A stretch of 32,000 bases of DNA, taken from contig CP145874.1 of assembly GCA_041942055.1 (NCBI GenBank), positions 1-32,000 on the forward strand. The letters run 5' to 3'. The stretch comes from Candidatus Saccharimonadota bacterium (lineage in GTDB: Bacteria; Pseudomonadota; Gammaproteobacteria; Enterobacterales; Enterobacteriaceae). How positions within the stretch are numbered: the stretch's first letter is position 1; each line of letters opens with the position of its first letter. The notes beneath the pieces are model-generated. The model saw only the letters and a program-made list of their open reading frames with translations, was not told where the DNA came from and searched no databases. The translations under genes were made by a program, and so were the position numbers. Shown here in pieces: positions 19,521 to 28,302 of the stretch.

Positions 19521-20035
19521 GTTGTTATACTCCATAAATATTATAAAAAAAATCAATTGTTTATTGGTATGGTTTAAAAAAGAACCAATCTAACTATCAG
19601 TTAGCTATAAATATAATACATTGAGTGAGGTATTTATTGTATCTAGCAGCAAACTGGAAACAAAAAAGTATACTAATAAGTTTTGGATAGTTAGATGAAA
19701 AAATCGAATTATAATTCTCAACTTCTAAGTAATAACTCAAAAAACAGTACTCAGATCACTTATAGTTTAATAAGTAATGATTCATATCAATTTATTATAT
19801 TATGTTATATAATTTAATCAACCATCTAATTTGATTGTTATATCATAAGACTCTTCAGTAATGATAAATAATTTTTTTTACATACCTTTAAAATCATTAC
19901 TTTTTTTTTTACATACTTTTATAAACTATGTTCTTCATCAAATAGTTATGGGCTGACATTAAACTTTTCAATGCATATAGAGCAAAATACTTCAACCTTA
20001 TTAAAAAATCTTAAACTAATTTAGTGGAGAACCTT

Positions 20036-20866
20036 GTGAATATAGAATTACTAAAAACCTTTTTAGAAGTCAGCAAAACCCGACACTTTGGTAGAGCAGC
20101 TGAGCTACTTTATCTTACTCAATCAGCAGTGAGCTTTCGGATTAAACAGCTAGAAAGTAAATTAGGTGTAACTCTTTTGAATCGTCATAGAAATAATATT
20201 CATTTAACTCCTGCGGGGGAACGACTAATCCCTTATGCCAATAATTTATTAAATACCTGGAAGATAGCTAAAAAAGAAGTTATACATACTAAAAAACATC
20301 CTAAATTATCAATAGGAGCAAGTGCTTCTTTATGGGAGACTTATTTAACTTCATGGATAAAATTAATTTATCAAATTCAACCCGACATACACCTAGATAT
20401 ACGTATAGCACCACGTAATATGTTAATAAAACAATTATATGAACATCAATTAGATATTTTAATTACAACTGAAGTACCTAAAATAGCTGACTTAATAAGT
20501 AAGCCAATAGGACATATCTCACTAAAAATAGTCAAATCCTCCAAAACCAATTTTGACCAAAATAATAAATACCAATTTATAAAATTGGACTGGGGAATAG
20601 ATTTTTTTATCCATGATCATGAAAATTTAATTCAGATCTTTCCCATATTAATAACATCCTCAGCCCATTTAACACGTCATTTATTACCTTTAATAAATGC
20701 TTGTGCTTTATTACCTATACACTGGACTGATTTATATAAAGAAGAATTAACAGCCCTCTCAAATTTTCCTATTATCAGTCGTTCTTTATGTGCCATTTGG
20801 CTACCAACTAATGATCATCAAACGCAAATCCATCAGTTACTTAATTTAACTAAATTTATTCAATAG
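20036..20866 (+). CDS. hdfR: LysR-family transcriptional regulator HdfR
   Basis: ELLKTFLEVSKTRHFGRAAELLYLTQSAVSFRIKQLESKLGVTLLNRHRNNIHLTPAGERL is nearly identical to the N-terminus of E. coli HdfR, and the alignment continues (IGASASLWE, LDILITTE, AIWL). The gene is convergent with tRNA-Trp, as in E. coli. The start is either GTG 20036 (GGAGA SD at 20026) or GTG 20024. Confidence 0.85.
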   Translation: MNIELLKTFLEVSKTRHFGRAAELLYLTQSAVSFRIKQLESKLGVTLLNRHRNNIHLTPAGERLIPYANNLLNTWKIAKKEVIHTKKHPKLSIGASASLWETYLTSWIKLIYQIQPDIHLDIRIAPRNMLIKQLYEHQLDILITTEVPKIADLISKPIGHISLKIVKSSKTNFDQNNKYQFIKLDWGIDFFIHDHENLIQIFPILITSSAHLTRHLLPLINACALLPIHWTDLYKEELTALSNFPIISRSLCAIWLPTNDHQTQIHQLLNLTKFIQ

Positions 20867-20871
20867 CCGCA

Positions 20872-20946
20872 TGGCAGGGGCGAAGGGATTCGAACCCCTA
20901 ACTACCGGTTTTGGAGACCGGTGCTCTACCATTGAACTACGCCCCT
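20872..20946 (-). tRNA. trpT: tRNA-Trp (anticodon CCA), 3' CCA encoded
   Basis: The reverse complement is AGGGGCGTAGTTCAATGGTAGAGCACCGGTCTCCAAAACCGGTAGTTAGGGGTTCGAATCCCTTCGCCCCTGCCA. The anticodon loop is CT-CCA-AA. A CCA anticodon reads only UGG, which argues against UGA recoding. Confidence 0.95.
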
Positions 20947-20997
20947 CAAATCTACAAACAAACCTTATCATAAAAAATTATAAACAATAATTTCAAT

Positions 20998-21819
20998 TCA
21001 TTCCTCGATGATTTTTTTAATCACACTAGTTATTGATGGCAAAACACCGTGCCATAATAAAAACGAATATGCTGCTTGAGCTACTAACATACCTATTCCA
21101 TCTGCATATTTTTTGGACCCATGTTCTTGACACCATTGTAAAAATGGAGTTAATTGGGATTGATAAAACATATCATAGCAACGTGTATGAATATTAATCA
21201 AATGACGAGGTAATTCAGGTACTATGCCTTGAATACCACAGGAAGTAGCATTGATAATTAAATCAAACTGATGTTTTTCTAATTGATCGAACTGTTCGAC
21301 TGAAATTATACCATAAGGTTTAAATTTATGAACTAATTCTTGTGCTTTATACCACGTGCGATTAGTAACTATTATTGAACAACCATAATGTAAAAGAGGA
21401 TAAATTATTCCATGTGCTGCTCCCCCTGCACCAATAATTAATATTCTATCATGAGGTTGAATTAACTGAAGTCTAGTCAGGTCATTTAATATACCAATAC
21501 CATCCGTATTATCTCCTAAAAGTTGATGATTTTCTAATTTTTTTATAGTATTTACCGACCCTGATAATAAAGCTCGATTAGTTAATTTATTGACTAAACT
21601 ATAAGCAATTTGTTTATACGGAACAGTTATATTAGCACCTAACCCTCCACTTAAAAAAAATTTATACAGTTCATACCTAAAACGCTCTTCAGAAGAACAA
21701 ATACATCCATAAGTATGATGTTGAATATTCATCATTTTGCTAAAGTAATAGTGAATTAGCGGTGATTTACTATGTTTAACCGGATTGCCAAATATCGCAT
21801 AATTTATCTTACCATCCAT
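20998..21819 (-). CDS. aroE: shikimate 5-dehydrogenase
   Basis: YAIFGNPVKHSKSPLIH, GANITVPYK, GDNTDGIG, IIGAGGAAHG, INATSCG and GIGMLVAQAAYSFLLWHGVLP match E. coli AroE. The ATG at 21819 (MDGKINYAIFGNP) aligns with E. coli METYAVFGNP and overlaps the tsaC stop by 11 nt. The ORF track extends to a GTG at 21837. Confidence 0.95.
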   Translation of the reverse strand: MDGKINYAIFGNPVKHSKSPLIHYYFSKMMNIQHHTYGCICSSEERFRYELYKFFLSGGLGANITVPYKQIAYSLVNKLTNRALLSGSVNTIKKLENHQLLGDNTDGIGILNDLTRLQLIQPHDRILIIGAGGAAHGIIYPLLHYGCSIIVTNRTWYKAQELVHKFKPYGIISVEQFDQLEKHQFDLIINATSCGIQGIVPELPRHLINIHTRCYDMFYQSQLTPFLQWCQEHGSKKYADGIGMLVAQAAYSFLLWHGVLPSITSVIKKIIEE

Positions 21820-22372
21820 AACGAATAATTTTACCACTCAATAAATCTCGAATTTCTGTATGACATTTCAATGGTCCAAGACACCCCGGATATATTTTTA
21901 AACTATTCCCAAATTGATTTTGGATTTCTTTTACTGTACGACATGGAATAGATCCGGTAATATTAGCACTAGTTGAAACTAATGGTTTATTAAAAGCTCG
22001 ACATAATTGCTGAATGGATGGATACTGACTAATACGTACTGCTAATGAAGAAAAATTCCCTGTAAGCCAGTATGGTGTGTTTATATTTTTCGGTAATAAC
22101 CATGTTATAGGTTTAGTGGAACTAGATATAATCTCACGGTGTTTATTTGATAATTGATGCTCGTGAATATAAGGTTTTATTTGTTCATAATCAGCTGCTA
22201 CTAAGATAAAACCTTTCTCTATTGAACGTTGTTTTAATGATAATAAATGCATAACAGCTTTTTTACTTTCAGGATTACATCCTAAACCAAATACAGATTC
22301 AGTAGGATAAGCAATAGTTTCATCTTCCAGAAGTATTTTGATGAAATCATCTATATTACTAGAATTTTTCAT
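21809..22372 (-). CDS. tsaC: threonylcarbamoyl-AMP synthase (t6A biosynthesis)
   Basis: IAYPTESVFGLGCNPESKKAVMHLLSLKQRSIEKGFILVAADYEQIKPYI and KPLVSTSANITG match E. coli TsaC/YrdC. The gene lies upstream of aroE, as in E. coli. Confidence 0.93.
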   Translation of the reverse strand: MKNSSNIDDFIKILLEDETIAYPTESVFGLGCNPESKKAVMHLLSLKQRSIEKGFILVAADYEQIKPYIHEHQLSNKHREIISSSTKPITWLLPKNINTPYWLTGNFSSLAVRISQYPSIQQLCRAFNKPLVSTSANITGSIPCRTVKEIQNQFGNSLKIYPGCLGPLKCHTEIRDLLSGKIIRYGW

Positions 22373-22485
22373 ATGTATATATTAATTATGACTATATATT
22401 ATCATTAATAATCCTAACACAAAGAAATAAAAAGTCATGTACAATATAAGAATAAAAAAACATTATTTATACTAAATTGAACATT

Positions 22486-22980
22486 ATGACTATTATGCAA
22501 ATATTAACTTATCCTGATGAACGACTTAGAAGTATTGCTATGCCAATTACTAAAATCAATACTAAAATCAACAAGATTATTAATGATATGTTTGAAACTA
22601 TGTATGCTAACAATGGAATTGGTTTAGCAGCTACACAAGTAAATATTCATAAACAAATTATAGTAATAGATCTATCGCCAAAACGAGATGAAGGTTTAGT
22701 ACTAATTAATCCCAAATTATTAGAAAATAGTGGTTGTATTAGTATTGAAGAAGGATGTTTATCTCTTCCCGAACAAACAGCTTTTATTCCTCGTGCAGAA
22801 AAAATTAAGATTTTAGCTTTAGATATTAATGGTAAATATTTTACCATGGAAGCATATAGTTTATTAGCCATTTGTATTCAACATGAAATGGATCATTTAA
22901 AAGGAAAATTATTTATAGATTACTTATCACCATTAATACAGAATAGAATTTTATCTAAAATAAAAAAAAGAGCCTTATAA
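22486..22980 (+). CDS. def: peptide deformylase
   Basis: The three Def motifs are present: [14 protein letters not shown] and HEMDHL. The ATG at 22486 ([14 protein letters not shown]) aligns exactly with E. coli MSVLQVLHIPDERL. The ORF-track start at 22477 is a TTG three codons upstream. Confidence 0.96.
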   Translation: MTIMQILTYPDERLRSIAMPITKINTKINKIINDMFETMYANNGIGLAATQVNIHKQIIVIDLSPKRDEGLVLINPKLLENSGCISIEEGCLSLPEQTAFIPRAEKIKILALDINGKYFTMEAYSLLAICIQHEMDHLKGKLFIDYLSPLIQNRILSKIKKRAL

Positions 22981-22992
22981 AGGTGGAATAAG

Positions 22993-23958
22993 GTGTGTAA
23001 TTATAAGGGACTGAAAATTATTTTTGCCGGTACAGGTGAATTTACCGTATATCATCTTACTAATTTAGTATCTAAATATCAAATAGTTGGTATATTAACT
23101 TCTCCTGATAGTAACATGACTGGACAAAAGAACAAATTAGTTATTAGCGGAATCAAAAAGTTTGCCATTAAGCATAATATTTCACTGTTTCAACCGAAAT
23201 TCTCCCATTTTTTCCAAAATCATTTTCATCAACAACTTGCAGATTTAAAAGCTGATCTGATGGTAGTAATTGCTTATGGTATAATATTACCATCTTCTAT
23301 TATAAATCTACCACGATTTGGTTGTATTAATGTGCATAGTTCTCTTTTACCTCGTTGGCGTGGAGCAGCTCCAATACAGCGTTCAATAATAGCAGGAGAT
23401 CAAATTACTGGAGTTACTACAATACAAATAAATTCTGGAATTGACACTGGAGAAATTTTACATAAAATTCCTTGTGCAATTGATAATACCGATACCAGTG
23501 CTACACTTGGCAAAAAATTATCCAGACTTGCATCAATTAGTATGTTAAGAACATTGGAACAGTTAGTTCATGGAAGTATATATCCACAAGTACAATCGGA
23601 ATCTGCAGCCACCTATGCTAAAAAGATCTGCAAAAAAGAAGCACAACTTAACTGGAAATTATCTGCAATAGAAATTGAACGTTATATACGTGCTTTTAAT
23701 CCGTGGCCAGTAAGCTATTTTTTTATTCATGGAAAATATATAAAAGTTTGGAAAGCATCGGTACTTCTTCAAAAAAATTTTCATGGCATTCAGCCAGGAG
23801 AGATTATCCAAGTTAATAAGCATGGAATTCAAATTGTTACTAGACAAGATATTCTGAATATAGAAGAATTACAACCAGCCGGAAAAAAAATCATGACAGT
23901 TGGTGAATTTCTTAATTCACGCAAGGAATGGTTTATTCCAGGATTAATTTTGGACTAA
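22993..23958 (+). CDS. fmt: methionyl-tRNA formyltransferase
   Basis: The GTG start has an AGGTGGA SD. IIFAGTGEF, GCINVHSSLLPRWRGAAPIQR, RAFNPWP and LQPAGKKIM match E. coli Fmt. The gene is part of the def-fmt operon. Confidence 0.96.
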   Translation: MCNYKGLKIIFAGTGEFTVYHLTNLVSKYQIVGILTSPDSNMTGQKNKLVISGIKKFAIKHNISLFQPKFSHFFQNHFHQQLADLKADLMVVIAYGIILPSSIINLPRFGCINVHSSLLPRWRGAAPIQRSIIAGDQITGVTTIQINSGIDTGEILHKIPCAIDNTDTSATLGKKLSRLASISMLRTLEQLVHGSIYPQVQSESAATYAKKICKKEAQLNWKLSAIEIERYIRAFNPWPVSYFFIHGKYIKVWKASVLLQKNFHGIQPGEIIQVNKHGIQIVTRQDILNIEELQPAGKKIMTVGEFLNSRKEWFIPGLILD

Positions 23959-24247
23959 TCATATAATTGGTATCTCTAAGTAATTAATTGCATTACTCGT
24001 ACAAACAGTAAAACTATAATCATTTTTATTAATAAATTAATTCGGAATTATTAAATTCAACCAGGGACTGAAATCAAGAATTTGGTACTTCTGATTACAA
24101 AAAGGACGAACAAGATTGGTTTTATTCTATCCAATGGTTTTTAACATATCGGACATTTTTTTATATTCATTGTATTAATTACCTAATTTAGGGTATGAAT
24201 GAGGAATTCATTATATTTTTGATATGGAAGTAAAAAAAAAAAAATAA

Positions 24248-26905
24248 CTAACCTCCATGACATTTTTTATATTTTTTAAGAGAGCCACAAGGACAAAGAT
24301 CGTTACGTCCTATCTTATTAGGATTTATATAGTTGGTCAGTTTTAAATTAGTTTGGTTGTCCTGCAATAGTAGTAAATTATCAGTAACTAATTCTTCTGA
24401 AACATGTACTTGAACTTTACAAATTATTTTGATCACTTCATATTTCATCATTTCAAGCATATTGGAAAACATAGTAAATGATTCTCGTTGGTATTCTTGT
24501 TTAGGATCTTTTTGTGCATAACCACGTAAATGAATTCCTTGACGTAAATAATCCATTGCAGCTAAATGTTCTCTCCACATAATATCCATCGTTTGTAACA
24601 TGATACTTTTTTCAAACTTACCCATTTTATCAATACCTACTAACATTTTTTTTTGTTGGTATATTTCTATAGCATATTTAATAATATTATGGATAAATTG
24701 TTCTGCAACAATTACTTGTTGATTGTTTATCCAATCATTAATTGGTAAAGGAATATTTAATTCTATTTGAAAATATTCTATTAATCCGCAGATATCCCAC
24801 ATATCTTTTGAAGAACAAATTGGAATATATCTACTTATAATTTTTTTTAAAACATCTTTATAAAGTTGGATAATGATTTGGCTGATATCAGTAATTGGAG
24901 TATCTAATAATTCATTACGTTGTGCATAAATCGCTTGTCGTTGATCATTAGCTACATTATCATATTCCAACAACTGTTTACGAATATCAAAATTGCGATT
25001 TTCTACTTTACACTGGGCATTAGCAATAGCTTTAGTAATCCAAGGATGTTCTATAGCTTCTCCTGATTTCATCCCCAGTCTTCGCATCATTCCAGAAATA
25101 CGATCTGAAGCAAAAATACGCATTAAAGTATCTTCCATAGAAAGATAAAATCTTGAAGATCCAGGATCCCCTTGACGTCCAGCTCTACCACGAAGTTGAT
25201 TGTCAATTCGGCGGGACTCATGACGTTCTGTACCAATAATATGTAACCCTCCGGATTTCACCACTTCATTATGATGGATTTGCCACTTTTTTTGAATATT
25301 TTGGATTTTTTCCTCATCTGAAGATTTTATTTGGATAATTTCAGACTGTATACTACCTCCAAGTACTATATCAGTTCCCCGACCGGCCATATTAGTAGCA
25401 ATAGTTACTGCACCTACTTGACCAGCACGTGCAATAATATCAGCTTCCTGAGCATGAAATTTAGCATTTAAAACCTTATGAGCGATACCTGCACCAGTTA
25501 GTTCTCGAGAAATTTTTTCAGATTTTTCAATAGAAATTGTTCCTACTAATATTGGTTGACCTTTAATGGTTCGTTGATGTATATCTTGAATTACCGCTTC
25601 AATTTTTTCTTTTTCGCTAAGAAATATTACATCTGGTAGATCTTCTCTAATCATTTTTTTATTGGGAGGAATTACTATAGTATCTAATTGATAAATTGAA
25701 CGAAATTCAAAGGATTCTGTATCTGCGGTACCCGTCATTCCAGCCAATTTATAATATAATCTAAAGTAATTCTGGAAAGTAATAGACGCTAGGGTTTGAT
25801 TTTCGTTTTGAATTTTAACTCTCTCTTTAGCTTCAAGTGCTTGATGTAATCCGTCACCCCACCGACGTCCTGGCATAATTCTACCGGTATGTTCATCTAC
25901 AATGATTACTTCTCCATTTTTAACAATATAATCTATATTACGAAAAAATAGTGTATGAGCTCGCAAAGCTGCTGTTACATGATACATCAGTATTATGTTA
26001 GAAGGTGCATAAAGACATTCATGCTGTTTCATTAAACCTTCACGCATCAAGAGATCTTCTATAAAAATGAGACCCCGTTCAGTAAGATATACCTGTCGTG
26101 ATTTTTCATCTACTGAAAAATGACCTTTTCCTTGAAATGTATCGGAATCATCTCGATCCTGTTGAATTAATTGAGGAATGAGATGATTGATTTGTATATA
26201 AAGCTCTGAACGATTTTCCATAGGACCTGAAATAATTAATGGAGTGCGAGCTTCATCAATCAGTATTGAATCCACTTCATCAATTAAAGCATAATGTAAT
26301 TTACGTTGCACACGATCTTTAGGATCAAAAATCATATTATCCCTTAAATAATCAAAACCATATTCATTATTAGTTCCATAAGTAATATCAGAAGCATAAG
26401 CAGCACGTTTTTCAAGTTTAGACATACCCGATAAATTTATACCTACATTCATTCCCAAAAAATTAAATAAAGGACGATTGCTATTGGCATCTCGCTGTGC
26501 TAAATAATCGTTTACTGTAACAATATGTACTCCTTCACCAGTGAGAGCATTTAAATAAGCTGGTAAAGTAGCTGTCAAAGTTTTACCTTCTCCAGTAGGC
26601 ATTTCAGCAATACAACGATTATTCAAAACTATTCCACCAAGTAATTGAACATCAAAGTGGCGCATATTAAACACACGCTTACTAGCTTCACGTACAGTTG
26701 CAAAAGCTTCTGGAATTAAATTGTCTAATTTTTCTCCCTTTTTTATTCTAGAACGAAATATGCTGGTTTTTTGTTTTAGTTCTTCATTCGATAATTTGGA
26801 AAAGTTAGGTTCGAGCTTATTGATACTATCAACAATTTTTTTTAATTTACATAGTATACGATCATTTCGACTACCAAATATTTTAGTAAGTAAATTTAGC
26901 ACCAT
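24248..26905 (-). CDS. secA: preprotein translocase ATPase SecA
   Basis: The 885-aa ORF begins [12 protein letters not shown]. It has the Walker A motif MPTGEGKTL, the DEAD-like motif [31 protein letters not shown], and the C-terminal zinc-binding tail [14 protein letters not shown]. Confidence 0.98.
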   Translation of the reverse strand: MVLNLLTKIFGSRNDRILCKLKKIVDSINKLEPNFSKLSNEELKQKTSIFRSRIKKGEKLDNLIPEAFATVREASKRVFNMRHFDVQLLGGIVLNNRCIAEMPTGEGKTLTATLPAYLNALTGEGVHIVTVNDYLAQRDANSNRPLFNFLGMNVGINLSGMSKLEKRAAYASDITYGTNNEYGFDYLRDNMIFDPKDRVQRKLHYALIDEVDSILIDEARTPLIISGPMENRSELYIQINHLIPQLIQQDRDDSDTFQGKGHFSVDEKSRQVYLTERGLIFIEDLLMREGLMKQHECLYAPSNIILMYHVTAALRAHTLFFRNIDYIVKNGEVIIVDEHTGRIMPGRRWGDGLHQALEAKERVKIQNENQTLASITFQNYFRLYYKLAGMTGTADTESFEFRSIYQLDTIVIPPNKKMIREDLPDVIFLSEKEKIEAVIQDIHQRTIKGQPILVGTISIEKSEKISRELTGAGIAHKVLNAKFHAQEADIIARAGQVGAVTIATNMAGRGTDIVLGGSIQSEIIQIKSSDEEKIQNIQKKWQIHHNEVVKSGGLHIIGTERHESRRIDNQLRGRAGRQGDPGSSRFYLSMEDTLMRIFASDRISGMMRRLGMKSGEAIEHPWITKAIANAQCKVENRNFDIRKQLLEYDNVANDQRQAIYAQRNELLDTPITDISQIIIQLYKDVLKKIISRYIPICSSKDMWDICGLIEYFQIELNIPLPINDWINNQQVIVAEQFIHNIIKYAIEIYQQKKMLVGIDKMGKFEKSIMLQTMDIMWREHLAAMDYLRQGIHLRGYAQKDPKQEYQRESFTMFSNMLEMMKYEVIKIICKVQVHVSEELVTDNLLLLQDNQTNLKLTNYINPNKIGRNDLCPCGSLKKYKKCHGG

Positions 26906-27037
26906 AGCAAATAAATTCTCTTGTTTATCTGATAGAATATAATAAATTATATCCTTGGTTTATTGAATATAGGTATAATAAATCTTATTTTTATTATTGT
27001 TAGTACTTTAAATTCAAACTGAATGAGGGAATATATA

Positions 27038-27493
27038 ATGCGCTCTAGTAGCCCCCATACAATTGAAAAAATTTTTCATTTGGCTCATAACCAAAGCATC
27101 TTACAATTTTTAAAAAAAAAATCTCTCAAATTAATTAATTTAGATTATGCCTTAAAAGAAGAATTACCATTACATTTTCATCCCTGGTGTAGAGTGGCAA
27201 ATTTACGACAACATATCTTAATTATTGAAGCAGCAAATGCTCATTGGTTAACGTACTTACGTTATCAACAACCAATATTACTTTCAACTTTACAAGCGAA
27301 AATATTGCCAACCTTAGTCGAAATTAATATAGTAATAAATCCATCAATAATACAATCTATCTCAAAACCATCTACCAATAATAACAAACGAACTATAAGT
27401 AAAAGAAGTGCCATTATATTACGTAATGTTGCCCGTCAAAGTCCTAAGAATATTAAATTTATCTTAGAAAGATTAGCATCTTTAGCTGATTAA
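27038..27493 (+). CDS. DUF721 / DciA-like protein (putative replicative-helicase loader), divergent from secA
   Basis: The intact ORF is 151 aa from ATG 27038 (GAGGG SD 8 nt upstream) or 156 aa from ATG 27023. The core CRVANLRQHILIIEAANAHWLTYLRYQQPILLSTLQ...VEINIVINPS fits my memory of the DUF721 pattern (hydrophobic beta-strands around a conserved W, then L-Y/L-ll-L, then v-i-v-p). The size matches gammaproteobacterial DciA (about 150-160 aa), and the basic C-terminal tail looks disordered. The family assignment has not been searched. Confidence 0.5.
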   Translation: MRSSSPHTIEKIFHLAHNQSILQFLKKKSLKLINLDYALKEELPLHFHPWCRVANLRQHILIIEAANAHWLTYLRYQQPILLSTLQAKILPTLVEINIVINPSIIQSISKPSTNNNKRTISKRSAIILRNVARQSPKNIKFILERLASLAD

Positions 27494-27777
27494 CTGATCG
27501 TATTTATCTATCTTTTAAAACATTTACAATACTGTAGATACAATAATCTTAGTATTACTCATCTTAGAATGGAATTTTTTGAGACGTTTATTATATAATA
27601 TCAAGCCATATTTATTTAATAAGGTTGTTCGATCTAGCTTTTCATTACATTTACTGCTGTAATTTCGCAGGTTTCATTTTGAATATTTACTCACCCTACA
27701 TATTTTATATCTCTTATTTGATTCAAAAATTGCATCTAAAAACTACAGCCTTTTCCTGGAGCTTAAAACCTGTTATA

Positions 27778-28196
27778 TTAAAAAAAATCCAATTCTCTTC
27801 GTGAGAAAATACGTTATCTACCTCCACCTGAATCACGTTTTTCAGAAACAAGCCTATTCCCACGTGCGTCTTTTAGTACTTGGAGGTAGTCAGGCAGGGA
27901 GAACAGATTTTTTCAAACTATGTTTGTTATACCACAAGTTAGTTGTACATATTTTATGTAATATAATTAATTTATGGCATCAAGTTGGTAAAAGGCTTGG
28001 TGTCAGCGTATATCAAGATTGATCAATCAAATACTCAGTATCGACGAATTAATTACTGACTTGATCGATAATATTACCACCATAGCCTTTTCATGGGCTA
28101 CTAGGTTGGTAATTTATGGGGAGGCGGCGGCTATTTTACTCCGTAACCCCATATATATCTACCTAAGACTACATGAGGATGCCAGCTTTTTTTAAA
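27778..28196 (+). ncRNA. rnpB: RNase P RNA (type A, highly AT-enriched and divergent); ends approximate
   Basis: Blocks appear in the same order and with similar spacing as E. coli M1 RNA. GGAGGTAGTCAGGC (27882-27895) corresponds to CR-I GGAGGAAAGUCCGGGC. GGTAAAAGGCTTGGTGTCAGCG (27987-28008) corresponds to GGUGAAAGGGUGCGGUAAGAGCG. TACCACCATAGC (28075-28086) corresponds to ACUCCACCCGGAGC. GGGCTACTAGGTTGG (28095-28109) corresponds to GGCCAAAUAGGGG. The hairpin GGGGAGGCGGCGG...CCGTAACCCC (28118-28150) sits in the P15-17 position. AAGACTACATGAGGATGCCAGCTT (28165-28188) corresponds to AAUGACUGUCCACGACAGAACCCGGCUU (CR-V). A P4 helix can form between 27888-27896 and 28180-28187 with the conserved bulged U. 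Nested P12-like helices pair 28012-17 with 28060-65 and 28035-40 with 28054-59. A P3-like helix pairs 27818-25 with 27882-89. An A8/T7 P1-like closing pair joins 27778-87 to 28187-95. Confidence 0.6.
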
Positions 28197-28302
28197 TGAA
28201 GCGTATGAAAAATAGTTTGAAAAACTAACTATTACTAAATAACAGGTTTATCCAATTAATTAGAATTAAATCTATGCTTATCTTATAAGGTTTTTTATAT
28301 TC

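Noticed and set aside
19521-19556. N-terminal extensions offered by the ORF track: trxA (12 aa), surA (29326-29370, 15 aa), aroE (21820-21837, GTG), def (22477-22485, TTG), corA (15442-15447, TTG), the dciA-like gene (27023-27037) and hdfR (20024-20035).
   Set aside because: Alignment with the E. coli orthologue N-termini and the position of Shine-Dalgarno sequences favour the internal starts. The extensions have no homologous counterpart. The starts remain uncertain by a few codons.
27801-28022. A 73-aa plus-strand ORF in the supplied track (MRKYVIYLHLNHVFQKQAYSH...).
   Set aside because: It lies entirely within the RNase P RNA-like element. It has no SD and no recognisable protein similarity, and its composition looks like translated structured RNA.
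27778-28196. A minus-strand reading of the same region as rnpB (5' AAAGCTGGCATCC resembles E. coli GAAGCTGACCAG, and CACGAAGAGAATTGG resembles CACGACAGAACCCGG). Separately, CTAAGACTACATGAGGATG resembles the tmRNA 3' domain.
   Set aside because: On the minus strand no CR-I-like block exists, and the conserved blocks fall in the wrong order and spacing. On the plus strand all blocks are collinear with M1 RNA and a P4 helix with the bulged U can be drawn. The tmRNA idea fails because there is no tRNA-like acceptor/T-arm, no GGGG...CCACCA ends and no tag reading frame.
27767-28248. An 11-bp perfect inverted repeat bracketing rnpB, considered as possible terminal inverted repeats of a mobile element.
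   Set aside because: There is no transposase, no target-site duplication, and the intervening sequence is a housekeeping RNA. An 11-mer match within about 500 bp of AT-rich DNA is only marginally unexpected. I kept it only as a possible precursor stem in the rnpB finding.
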